The position numbers and the translations under genes were made by a program. Shown piece after piece: positions 1 through 7,992 of a stretch of DNA of 64,000 nt (the stretch's first letter is position 1; the number at the start of each line of letters is the position of its first letter). Below the pieces are notes generated by a model that was given only the letters and a program-made list of their open reading frames with translations, did not search any database and had not been told where the DNA came from. This DNA comes from an uncultured Bacteroidota bacterium (GTDB taxonomy: Bacteria; Bacteroidota; Bacteroidia; Flavobacteriales; Flavobacteriaceae). The stretch covers positions 608 to 64,607 of the forward strand of contig CACJNF010000005.1 in NCBI GenBank assembly GCA_902594745.1, in the 5' to 3' direction.

Positions 1-1018
1 TCGATATTCTATATGAGTCAACCTGGGGTTTAATAGTAGTTTTCTGTTCAGAAAAATTAGTTTCTAACCAGTTCATGTCAATCTCATTATCAAAATGACC
101 AATATTACATACTATAGTCTTATCCTTCATCATTCTAAATGTTTCTTTATTTACTATATCTTTATTACCTGTAGCTGTAACAACAATATCAGCATTTGAA
201 ACAACTGACTTTAACTTTTTAACTTCATAACCATCCATTGATGCTTGAAGTGCACAGATAGGATCTATTTCTGTAACAGTGACAATTGAGCCAGCACCTC
301 TGAATGACGCTGCAGTTCCTTTACCAACATCTCCATATCCACAGACAACAACTCTTTTGCCTGCAAGCATAATATCAGTAGCTCTTCTTACAGCATCAAC
401 TGCACTCTCTTTACAACCATATTTATTATCAAACTTAGATTTTGTAACAGAATCATTAACATTAATTGCAGGAAGTGGAAGTGTGCCATTTTTCATTCTA
501 TCATATAACCTATGAACCCCAGTTGTTGTCTCTTCAGACAAACCTTTAATTTCAGATACAAGCTCTGGAAACTCATCAAGGACCATATTAGTAAGATCCC
601 CGCCATCATCAAGAATCATATTTAGAGGATGCTTTTCTTCACCAAAAAATAGTGTTTGCTCAATACACCAATTAAATTCCTCTTCTGACATACCTTTCCA
701 TGCATAAACAGCAATACCGTTAGCTGCAATAGCAGCTGCAGCATGATCTTGTGTAGAAAAAATATTACATGAACTCCAAGTGACTTCAGCCCCTAGATCA
801 ACCAATGTTTCAATCAAAACGGCAGTTTGAATTGTCATATGAAGACAACCAGCAATTCTAGAGCCTTTAAGAGGTTTCTCTTTTTTAAATCTATCTCTTA
901 AAGCCATTAAACCTGGCATCTCTGCTTCTGCAAGTTTTATCTCTTTTCTCCCCCATTCAGCTAAAGAGATATCTTTAACTTTATATGCAACGTATTTATT
1001 ATCTGTTTTATTTTTCAT
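1..1018 (-). CDS. ahcY: S-adenosyl-L-homocysteine hydrolase (adenosylhomocysteinase), C-terminally truncated by the window edge
   Basis: Absent from the ORF track because it runs off the left edge. The minus-strand ATG is at 1018-1016. My translation is [41 protein letters not shown]...[37 protein letters not shown], which shows the typical AhcY N-terminus and NAD-binding GYGDVGKG motif. Confidence 0.9.
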   Translation of the reverse strand, partial: MKNKTDNKYVAYKVKDISLAEWGRKEIKLAEAEMPGLMALRDRFKKEKPLKGSRIAGCLHMTIQTAVLIETLVDLGAEVTWSSCNIFSTQDHAAAAIAANGIAVYAWKGMSEEEFNWCIEQTLFFGEEKHPLNMILDDGGDLTNMVLDEFPELVSEIKGLSEETTTGVHRLYDRMKNGTLPLPAINVNDSVTKSKFDNKYGCKESAVDAVRRATDIMLAGKRVVVCGYGDVGKGTAASFRGAGSIVTVTEIDPICALQASMDGYEVKKLKSVVSNADIVVTATGNKDIVNKETFRMMKDKTIVCNIGHFDNEIDMNWLETNFSEQKTTIKPQVDSYRIS

Positions 1019-1034
1019 ATGTATCTTTATTGGG

Positions 1035-1042
1035 CAAAAATA
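1035..1042 (-). promoter_or_regulatory. Candidate Bacteroidota -7 promoter box (TATTTTTG) for ahcY
   Basis: The minus strand reads TATTTTTG, matching TAnnTTTG, 17 nt upstream of the ahcY ATG. Confidence 0.35.
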
Positions 1043-1065
1043 CCTGATTTAATCTATTTTATCAA

Positions 1066-1683
1066 ATGCCTTTTCTTAAAGATTTCCTAATTAATAATTC
1101 GACTAAAGTTATTCTATGGAAGATAATACCAGGCGAATTAAGTGAGAAACACCTTAATGAGGATGATAAAAAACTTTTAAAAATAAGAAAGGGAAAAAAA
1201 TCCAAGGAATATTTTCTTGCTGTAAGAAAGCTTTTAGAAAACGAAGATCCAGAATTAAATATTGACTATGATTCAAAAGGAAAGCCTTTTTTAAATAAAC
1301 AAAAAGGTATCTCTATCTCTCATTCTAATGAAATGGTAGCTATTGGTATTTCAAATGAAACTCATTTTGGAATAGACATTCAACACAAAACAGATAAAAT
1401 ATTTAAAATTAAAAGTAAGTTCCTTAGTAAAAAAGAGGGTAAATTTTTGGGTAAAACAGATAGTATGGAGTTTTTAATAAAATTATGGTCTGCAAAAGAA
1501 TCAATTTTCAAGGCTTTAGGCAAAGAAGGGGTAAGCTTTTTAAATGATATAGAGATTGTTACATCTAATGATAAAGATTTATTTAGAGCAGGATATTATA
1601 AAAAGGATAATATTAAGATTAAATTTGATTTAGACTTTTTATTTATTGAAGAATATATAATTTGTCACGCTAAGCAATCTTAA
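1066..1683 (+). CDS. 4'-phosphopantetheinyl transferase, Sfp-type superfamily
   Basis: PPTase motifs GKPF, FGIDIQH (G-x-D) and WSAKESIFKALGK (W-x-x-KE-x-x-K). Length 205 aa. Confidence 0.8.
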   Translation: MPFLKDFLINNSTKVILWKIIPGELSEKHLNEDDKKLLKIRKGKKSKEYFLAVRKLLENEDPELNIDYDSKGKPFLNKQKGISISHSNEMVAIGISNETHFGIDIQHKTDKIFKIKSKFLSKKEGKFLGKTDSMEFLIKLWSAKESIFKALGKEGVSFLNDIEIVTSNDKDLFRAGYYKKDNIKIKFDLDFLFIEEYIICHAKQS

Positions 1684-1686
1684 TTA

Positions 1687-2325
1687 ATGGATCAAATTTT
1701 TGACTTTCTTTTTTCTCAATACTCTTCCTACTCTCCTTCATTTATTTATTTGGAATTGTTTGCTGTGATAATGAATATTACTAGTGTAGTTTATGCAAAA
1801 CGAAATAATATTTTAGTTTATCCTACTGGGTTAATTGGTACAGGAATATTTGTCTTCATCCTTTTAAATTTTTCTTTGCTAGGAGATACTATAATAAATG
1901 CATACTTTTTCTCAATGTCTATCTATGGTTGGTATTTTTGGTCTAGAAAAAAAGATGAAGTTTTTATAAATCAAGTTTCAACTATTAATCGAAATGAAAT
2001 TAAATATTTATTCATCCTTGCAATTTCAAGCTTGATATTCATATACTTTGTATACGATTATTTTGATAAATGGAATAATTGGACTGCTTATTTAGATAAT
2101 ATTACAACGGCAATATTTTTTGTGGCAATGTGGTTAATGGCAAGAAGAAAGATTGAGAGCTGGATTTTTTGGATTATTGGAGATTTAATAACTGTACCTC
2201 TTTACTTTTATAAAGGGTTAACAATATCTTCAATCCAATATATTATTTTTCTTATACTTGCAGTATTAGGATATATTTCATGGAAAAAAATCTTAGACAA
2301 GAATTATCAAAAGTTAAAAGAGTAG
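1687..2325 (+). CDS. pnuC: PnuC-family permease (nicotinamide riboside or related vitamin transporter)
   Basis: 212 aa polytopic membrane protein. It has a PnuC-like pattern of W/Y-rich helices (IYGWYFW, WIFWIIGD) and is followed by a NadR-type kinase, as in pnuC-nadR pairs. Confidence 0.75.
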   Translation: MDQIFDFLFSQYSSYSPSFIYLELFAVIMNITSVVYAKRNNILVYPTGLIGTGIFVFILLNFSLLGDTIINAYFFSMSIYGWYFWSRKKDEVFINQVSTINRNEIKYLFILAISSLIFIYFVYDYFDKWNNWTAYLDNITTAIFFVAMWLMARRKIESWIFWIIGDLITVPLYFYKGLTISSIQYIIFLILAVLGYISWKKILDKNYQKLKE

Positions 2326-2846
2326 TTATATGTGGTCCAGAATCTACTGGAAAATCTACTTTAACTCAAAATTTAGCTTCACACTATAATACTAGCTTCG
2401 CTAATGAATTTGCCAGAGATTTTCTCCAAGATAAATGGGACACATCAAATACAGTATGTACAAAAAAAGATCTAATTGATATAGTCAAAGGACAGATAGA
2501 TAACGAGAATAAAGCACTTTTAAAAGCAGATAAATTATTGTTTTGTGATACTAATATACTTACAACAATTGCTTGGTCTAAAACACACTTTAATGAATAC
2601 TGTAATGAGTGGATTATCGATCAATCAAAAAAATTAAGTTATGATTACTATTTAATTTTAAATGTTGACACAGAGTGGATCCAAGATGATCTTAGGGATA
2701 GGCCAAACGAAAGAGAAAAAATGTTCAACGCTCATAAATTAGAATTGGATTTGTTGGGTGTGTCCTATGACATTATAGTCGGTTCTGACTATAAGAAAAG
2801 GTTTGAGGACTCAATAGACTTTATAAGTAAAAAATTCTTAATTTAG
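2280..2846 (+). CDS. NadR C-terminal-domain-like P-loop kinase (ribosylnicotinamide kinase family, AAA/ATP-binding protein)
   Basis: Walker A VVICGPESTGKSTL resembles the NadR RNK G-x-ES-x-GKST motif. Length 188 aa. The only canonical start is ATG 2280, which overlaps the pnuC 3' end by 46 nt. Confidence 0.7.
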   Translation: MEKNLRQELSKVKRVVICGPESTGKSTLTQNLASHYNTSFANEFARDFLQDKWDTSNTVCTKKDLIDIVKGQIDNENKALLKADKLLFCDTNILTTIAWSKTHFNEYCNEWIIDQSKKLSYDYYLILNVDTEWIQDDLRDRPNEREKMFNAHKLELDLLGVSYDIIVGSDYKKRFEDSIDFISKKFLI

Positions 2847-2850
2847 ATCC

Positions 2851-2922
2851 GAATTGGGGTGCTTAGAATAAGCTGAGATTAAACCCATAGAACTTAGACA
2901 GGTAATACTGTGAAAGGAATTT
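2851..2922 (+). promoter_or_regulatory. TPP (thiamine pyrophosphate, THI-box) riboswitch
   Basis: Read directly: gaattGGGGTGCttagaataaGCTGAGAttaaACCCatagAACtTaGAcAGGTAATACtGTGaAAGGAAtt. The conserved blocks GGGGUGC / CUGAGA / ACCC / GAAC-UGA / GGUAAUAC / AGGAA appear in canonical order. There is a P3 hairpin gcuua-gaa-uaagc and a cag/cug helix. A 5-bp P1 (2851-2855 with 2918-2922) ends 4 nt before ATG 2926. Confidence 0.85.
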
Positions 2923-2925
2923 AAA

Positions 2926-5082
2926 ATGAAAAAATATATACTTCTTGTACTTATAAGTACATCATCTTTCTCACAAGAAATAGTTAACCAAAAAGACCAG
3001 GATTCTCTAATTAAAACTCTTAATTTAGAAGAGGTTACTGTTAATGCTATTAAAGCAAAATATAATACCCCAGTAACATTTGTAAATGTTACTAAGCAAG
3101 ATCTTGATAAAGTTAATCTTGCCCAAGATCTTCCAACTCTTTTAAAAAACACTCCATCTGTAATTAGTCATTCAGATTCTGGCTCAGGTATTGGATACTC
3201 ATCCATAAGAATTAGAGGTTCAGATCAGACTAGGGTAAATGTTACTATTAATGGAGTTCCATATAATGACTCAGAGTCAATGCAAGTTTATTGGGTTGAT
3301 TTACCAGACTTTGCCTCATCAATTGAAAGTATTCAAGTTCAAAGAGGAGTGGGGACTTCAACAAACGGACCTGGTGCATTTGGGGGAAGTATTAATATTC
3401 AAACAAATGCGGCTTCAGAGAATTCTTTTTTTGAAGTTAACAATACCTTAGGAAGTTATAACACAATTAAAAATTCAGTTGGCTTTTCAACAGGCTTTAT
3501 TAATAACTTTGAGTTATCAGGAAGAATCTCTAGGATTAAATCAGATGGTTATATTGATAGATCAGGTTCCAACCTTCGCTCATACTTTTTACAAGGGATC
3601 TATAGAGATGAAAATACTTTAGTCAAATTATTAAATTTTGCTGGTCATGAAATAACAGACCAAGCTTGGTATGGAATAGATTCAGCAACCTTAGAATCAA
3701 ACAGGAAGTATAATATGGCTGGAGAATTTTATGATGAAAAAGGAAACTCTTCATATTATAAAGATCAGATTGACAATTACAAACAAGATCACTATCAACT
3801 CCACTGGAATCAAAATTATTTAGGTGGTTGGACTTCAAATTTTGGACTCCATTACACATATGGTAGAGGATTTTATGAGAATTACAATGTAGGATATGAT
3901 AGCCCTGATTATATTGATAGAAGATGGTTAGATAATGATTTTTATGGGTTTATTTTTAGTATAAACCAAAGAACAACAAAATATAATTCTACAATTGGAG
4001 GTTCATATAATAAATATTCTGGTGAACATTATGGAGAGTATTTATGGATTGATCAAGATTCAAATTCTGAAAACAGCTATAGCTTTAAGGAAAAATTTTA
4101 CGATGACTATGGAAATAAGAATGAGTTTAATGTTTTCGCTAAAATTGACTATTATTTAAATGATAGATTATCTATTTATGGTGATCTACAGTATAGAAAT
4201 ATAAAATATGAAGCAGGAATATCTGCTAATTCAGTTTTTACAGGTTATGTTGAGGAAGGTTTTAGCCGTCTAGATAAGACGTTTAATTTCTTCAACCCAA
4301 AGTTTGGGCTATTCTATAATTTAAATGATTCTAATAATATATATTTTTCTTATGCTAGAGCGCAAAGAGAGCCAACAAGAACTGACTATGCTAATGGGAG
4401 TCCTGATGCAGAAAAGTTAAATGATTTTGAACTAGGTTGGAAATTAACATTAGAGAATAGTTCCATTAATGTTAATGCCTTTTATATGATCTACGATAAT
4501 CAACTTGTATTAACTGGCCAAAGAGATATTAATGGGTATGAAATTAGAAGAAACATTGGAGAGTCTTATAGATTAGGAATTGAATTAGACTCAAACATTA
4601 CTTTAAGCTCTAAACTAAATTTAAATACTAATCTTTCAATTAGTAGTAACAAGAACCAAGATTTTTATTCAATTTTTGATGGAATTCTTAAGAACTATGG
4701 AAATACAGATTTAGCCTATTCTCCTAGCTTTATAGCAAATAACATAATTGACTATTCCCCAAATGAGAAAGTAATAATCTCTTTAAGATCCAATTATGTG
4801 AGTGAACAATATTTTGCACAAACTAATTCACCAATTTCTAAATTAGAGTCATTCTTTGTTCATGATTTAAACTTCATTCATAAAATGAGTATTAAAGGAC
4901 TATCAGATGATATAAACTTCAAGGTTTTAGTTAATAATTTATTTAACTCTAAATATGTAAGTTATGGAGGTTACTATACCTATGATGTCCCAACAGATAA
5001 TCAAATTAAAACTTATGAAGGCACATATTACTATCCTCAAGCAGAGATCAATATCCTTGTAGGTTTAGACTTTAAGTTTTAA
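2926..5082 (+). CDS. TonB-dependent outer-membrane receptor, TPP-riboswitch controlled (predicted thiamine or thiamine-precursor receptor)
   Basis: 718 aa with signal peptide MKKYILLVLISTSSFSQE. It has a plug-like N-terminal region (VTVNA...IRIRG...VNGVP) and a beta-barrel ending in an aromatic residue (...LVGLDFKF). The riboswitch lies directly upstream. Confidence 0.85.
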   Translation: MKKYILLVLISTSSFSQEIVNQKDQDSLIKTLNLEEVTVNAIKAKYNTPVTFVNVTKQDLDKVNLAQDLPTLLKNTPSVISHSDSGSGIGYSSIRIRGSDQTRVNVTINGVPYNDSESMQVYWVDLPDFASSIESIQVQRGVGTSTNGPGAFGGSINIQTNAASENSFFEVNNTLGSYNTIKNSVGFSTGFINNFELSGRISRIKSDGYIDRSGSNLRSYFLQGIYRDENTLVKLLNFAGHEITDQAWYGIDSATLESNRKYNMAGEFYDEKGNSSYYKDQIDNYKQDHYQLHWNQNYLGGWTSNFGLHYTYGRGFYENYNVGYDSPDYIDRRWLDNDFYGFIFSINQRTTKYNSTIGGSYNKYSGEHYGEYLWIDQDSNSENSYSFKEKFYDDYGNKNEFNVFAKIDYYLNDRLSIYGDLQYRNIKYEAGISANSVFTGYVEEGFSRLDKTFNFFNPKFGLFYNLNDSNNIYFSYARAQREPTRTDYANGSPDAEKLNDFELGWKLTLENSSINVNAFYMIYDNQLVLTGQRDINGYEIRRNIGESYRLGIELDSNITLSSKLNLNTNLSISSNKNQDFYSIFDGILKNYGNTDLAYSPSFIANNIIDYSPNEKVIISLRSNYVSEQYFAQTNSPISKLESFFVHDLNFIHKMSIKGLSDDINFKVLVNNLFNSKYVSYGGYYTYDVPTDNQIKTYEGTYYYPQAEINILVGLDFKF

Positions 5083-5108
5083 TCAAAAATTTGTAAATTA
5101 GAGTAAGT

Positions 5109-5131
5109 ATCCCCTTTTATAGGGGATTTTT
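5109..5131 (+). terminator. Rho-independent terminator-like hairpin (ATCCCCT-tttat-AGGGGAT followed by TTTT)
   Basis: Perfect 7-bp stem with four G:C pairs, a 5-nt loop and a trailing T-tract. It lies 27 nt after the receptor stop and 10 nt before the greA ATG (5141). Confidence 0.7.
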
Positions 5132-5140
5132 GCATTGAAT

Positions 5141-5614
5141 ATGAGTAAGATATCATACTATACTGAAAAAGGCTTGAAAAACCTAAGGAAGAAGTTAGAT
5201 CATCTAAAAGATGTTGAGCGTCCGCGTGCATCTCAGGCAATTGCTGAGGCAAGAGATAAAGGTGATTTAAGCGAAAATGCAGAATATGATGCTGCAAAAG
5301 AAGCACAGGGGCTTTTAGAGCTTGAAATTTCTAAATTAGAAGAAACACTCTCAAATGCAAGAATTATAGACGAATCTAAACTTGACACATCAAAGGTCTT
5401 AGTTCTATCTACTGTTAAAATTAAAAATCTTAATAATTCTGCTACAATGGAGTATAAATTAGTTGCTCAAAGTGAAGCAGACCTTGCTAAAGGAAAAATT
5501 TCGGTTGATTCTCCCATTGGAAAGGGTCTACTGGGTAAAAAAGTTGGAGATACTGCAGAAATCTCAATACCAAATGGTAATGTTAAATTTGAAATTCTTG
5601 AAATTTCAAGATAA
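5141..5614 (+). CDS. greA: Transcription elongation factor GreA
   Basis: MSKISYYTEKGLKNLRKKLDHLK...AEARDKGDLSENAEYDAAKEAQ shows the typical GreA coiled-coil and acidic tip. The ORF-track start at 5135 is a TTG two codons upstream; ATG 5141 is preferred. Confidence 0.9.
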   Translation: MSKISYYTEKGLKNLRKKLDHLKDVERPRASQAIAEARDKGDLSENAEYDAAKEAQGLLELEISKLEETLSNARIIDESKLDTSKVLVLSTVKIKNLNNSATMEYKLVAQSEADLAKGKISVDSPIGKGLLGKKVGDTAEISIPNGNVKFEILEISR

Positions 5615-6003
5615 TGGCATCAATTTTCACAAAAATTATTCTAGGAGAAATACCATCATATAAAATTTATGAAGATGAAAATTATTATGCTTTTCTTGAT
5701 ATAAATCCAAATGCATTAGGTCATACATTATGTATTCCAAAAAAAGAAGTAGATAAACTGTTTGATCTTGATGATGAAACATATAAAGGCTTAATGATTT
5801 TTTCAAAAAAAATTGCTGAAGCACTAAAAAAAGCAGTAGATTGTCAAAGAATTGGAATAAGTGTAATAGGACTGGAAGTTCCCCATGTTCATGTACATTT
5901 GATCCCAATCAACAAGATGGATGATATGTCGTTCAACTCAAAGATTAAATTAAGTGATGATGAGTTTGTCGATATAATGGAAAAAATTAAATCATATTTA
6001 TAA
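5614..6003 (+). CDS. HIT-family (histidine triad) nucleotide hydrolase/transferase
   Basis: Histidine triad HVHVHLIP. Length 129 aa. The start overlaps the greA stop (TAATG). Confidence 0.85.
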   Translation: MASIFTKIILGEIPSYKIYEDENYYAFLDINPNALGHTLCIPKKEVDKLFDLDDETYKGLMIFSKKIAEALKKAVDCQRIGISVIGLEVPHVHVHLIPINKMDDMSFNSKIKLSDDEFVDIMEKIKSYL

Positions 6004-6374
6004 TGGAATTATTAGGAAAAATAAAGCTAATTGGTGATATCAAGACATATGGAGACAACGGTTTCAGAAAAAGAGAACTAGTCCTAACAACTGAAGAGCA
6101 ATACCCTCAGCACATTTTGATTGAATTTATCCAAAATAACTGTGAGTTACTAGACAACTATAGTATTGGGCAAACTGTAAGAATTGGAATCAATATTAGA
6201 GGTAGAGAGTGGGAGAGTCCTGATCAAGGAATTAAATATTTCAATTCAATACAAGGCTGGAGAATAGAATCTTTAGATGACCAAGTTATGGATTCTGCTC
6301 CTGAGGACTTGCCTATAGAAAGTGATAATCCTCCTAAAGATGATGATTTAACAGAAGATGACTTACCTTTCTAA
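6003..6374 (+). CDS. DUF3127-family protein with an acidic SSB-like C-terminal tail
   Basis: The N-terminal ~90 aa (…FRKRELVLTTEEQYPQHILIEF…IRGREW…YFNSIQGWRIE) matches my memory of the Bacteroidota DUF3127 consensus. The C-terminus is D/E/P-rich and ends in TEDDLPF. Confidence 0.65.
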   Translation: MELLGKIKLIGDIKTYGDNGFRKRELVLTTEEQYPQHILIEFIQNNCELLDNYSIGQTVRIGINIRGREWESPDQGIKYFNSIQGWRIESLDDQVMDSAPEDLPIESDNPPKDDDLTEDDLPF

Positions 6375-7196
6375 TTAAACTAATCCAACTCTTGAAAAGC
6401 CTGTTACTTCAGCATTTTCTGACTGAGATTTAAGATAATCAGAAATACTTTGCTTACTATCTTTTATGAATTGTTGATTCACAAGGGTATTTTCCTTAAA
6501 AAACTTTTTTAGTTTTCCTTTGGCTATATTATCAAGCATTTCTTCTGGCTTTCCTTCTTGCCTTAATTGATCTTTTGCAATTTCAATTTCCTTTTCAATA
6601 ATATCTTGACTAACACCATCTTCATTTAGTGCTACTGGATTCATCGCAGCAACTTGCATAGAAATGTCTTTTGCAACTTCACTAGCATTATCAAACTTTT
6701 GTGATAGGCCAACAATTGAGGCTATTTTATTCCCTGCATGAATGTATGACCCAACAAATTCAGAGCTTAAATACTCAAAAGAACCTATTTCAATTTTCTC
6801 ACCAATAACACCAGTTTGCTCTAAAAGTTTATCTGATACTTTTATTCCATCAAAATCTGAATTAAGGAATGAGTCCTTATCAGTGAAGTTCAATGCGTGA
6901 TCTGCAAGACTTTGAGCTAATTCAATGTAATCTTCGTTTTTTGCAACAAAATCTGTTTCACAGTTTAGGGAAACTATAATACCATATGTATTATCATCAC
7001 TAACTTTAGCTAAAACAACACCTTCAGAAGACTCTCTGTCAGCTCTGTTTGCAGCAACTTTTTGACCTTTTTTTCTAAGAATTTCAACAGCTTTTTCAAA
7101 ATCTCCGTTAGACTCCTCAAGAGCTTTCTTGCAATCCATCATTCCAGCTCCAGTGGATTGTCTTAACTTGTTTACATCAGATGCAGTTATTTTCAA
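6375..7196 (-). CDS. tsf: Translation elongation factor Ts
   Basis: N-terminal UBA-like motif ITASDVNKLRQSTGAGMMDCKKAL. Length 273 aa. It lies downstream of rpsB. Confidence 0.95.
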   Translation of the reverse strand: MKITASDVNKLRQSTGAGMMDCKKALEESNGDFEKAVEILRKKGQKVAANRADRESSEGVVLAKVSDDNTYGIIVSLNCETDFVAKNEDYIELAQSLADHALNFTDKDSFLNSDFDGIKVSDKLLEQTGVIGEKIEIGSFEYLSSEFVGSYIHAGNKIASIVGLSQKFDNASEVAKDISMQVAAMNPVALNEDGVSQDIIEKEIEIAKDQLRQEGKPEEMLDNIAKGKLKKFFKENTLVNQQFIKDSKQSISDYLKSQSENAEVTGFSRVGLV

Positions 7197-7221
7197 TTTG
7201 GTAAAATTTAAAGATTAATTT

Positions 7222-7989
7222 TTATTCTTCAGAAGTATCAGCTTCATCAGTGCTTTCAGCCGCTTCTTCTAATTTTTTTTGTTCGGCAATTTCTTTCTCT
7301 TTCTTTCTCTCATCTAAGGATTCTTGAATTGCCTTACAGACTATATCTAGAATTTTTTCAATAGATTTTGAAGCGTCATCGTTAGAAGGAATCATAAAAT
7401 CAACATCATTAGGATCAGAGTTGGTATCAACCATGGCAAAAATTGGAATTTTTAGCTTTTGAGCTTCTTGAACAGATATTTTTTCATTTAAAGTATCTAC
7501 TACAAATATAGCCCCAGGAAGTCTAGTCATATCTGAGATAGAACCAAGGTTCTTTTCAAGTTTAGCTCTCTGTCTATCTACTTGTAGTTTTTCTTTTTTT
7601 GAAAGTGTTTCAAATGTACCATCAGATTTCATTCTATCAATTGCATTCATCTTCTTGACAGCTTTTCTAATTGTAACAAAATTAGTTAGCATTCCACCTG
7701 GCCATCTTTCAGTAATGTATGGCATATTAACAGAACTTGCTTTTTCAGCTACAATATCCTTAGCTTGTTTTTTAGTTGCTACAAATAGAACTTTTCTCCC
7801 AGATAATACAATTTTTTTTAGCGCATTAACAGCATCTTCAAGTTTTGCAGCTGTTTTATAAAGGTTTATAATGTGTATCCCATTTCTTTCCATGTAAATA
7901 TATGGAGCCATATTAGGATTCCATTTTCTAGTTAGATGTCCAAAGTGAACACCAGCATCCAATAATTCTTTAACTTCCTTATTTGCCAT
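7222..7989 (-). CDS. rpsB: 30S ribosomal protein S2
   Basis: LLDAGVHFGHLTRKWNPNMAPYI... is the canonical S2 sequence. It has an acidic C-terminal extension. Confidence 0.95.
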   Translation of the reverse strand: MANKEVKELLDAGVHFGHLTRKWNPNMAPYIYMERNGIHIINLYKTAAKLEDAVNALKKIVLSGRKVLFVATKKQAKDIVAEKASSVNMPYITERWPGGMLTNFVTIRKAVKKMNAIDRMKSDGTFETLSKKEKLQVDRQRAKLEKNLGSISDMTRLPGAIFVVDTLNEKISVQEAQKLKIPIFAMVDTNSDPNDVDFMIPSNDDASKSIEKILDIVCKAIQESLDERKKEKEIAEQKKLEEAAESTDEADTSEE

Positions 7990-7992
7990 ATA

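Noticed and set aside
279-515. ORF-track entries lying antisense to, or out of frame within, strongly supported genes. Examples: 279-515, 2838-3152, 3239-3451, 3623-3859, 5079-5306, 5463-5663, 5636-5908, 7655-7861, 8617-8820, 11335-11560, 13266-13451, 16127-16333, 17165-17563, 22996-23274, 23901-24143, 25256-25474, 26533-26739, 29667-29891, 30289-30582, 32005-32220, 33363-33578, 34648-34908, 36946-37146, 39148-39369, 42856-43092, 50387-50629, 52321-52542, 57831-58031 and 63684-63950.
   Set aside because: Each is fully embedded in a longer ORF with clear family motifs on the same or the opposite strand. Their translations are low-complexity (Ser/Leu/Ile/Phe-rich) with no recognisable motifs. 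Such ORFs are expected by chance opposite real genes.
1019-1065. Possible SAH/SAM riboswitch upstream of ahcY, and likewise SAM-type elements upstream of the cystathionine-family gene (43212-43260).
   Set aside because: The spacers are only 47 and 49 nt, which is too short for any known SAM or SAH aptamer, and no conserved aptamer blocks are visible.
1066-1683. The Sfp-type PPTase considered as a marker of an NRPS/PKS biosynthetic cluster.
   Set aside because: No NRPS, PKS or carrier-protein-rich genes occur nearby; the neighbours are ahcY and pnuC. It is more likely a general-purpose PPTase.
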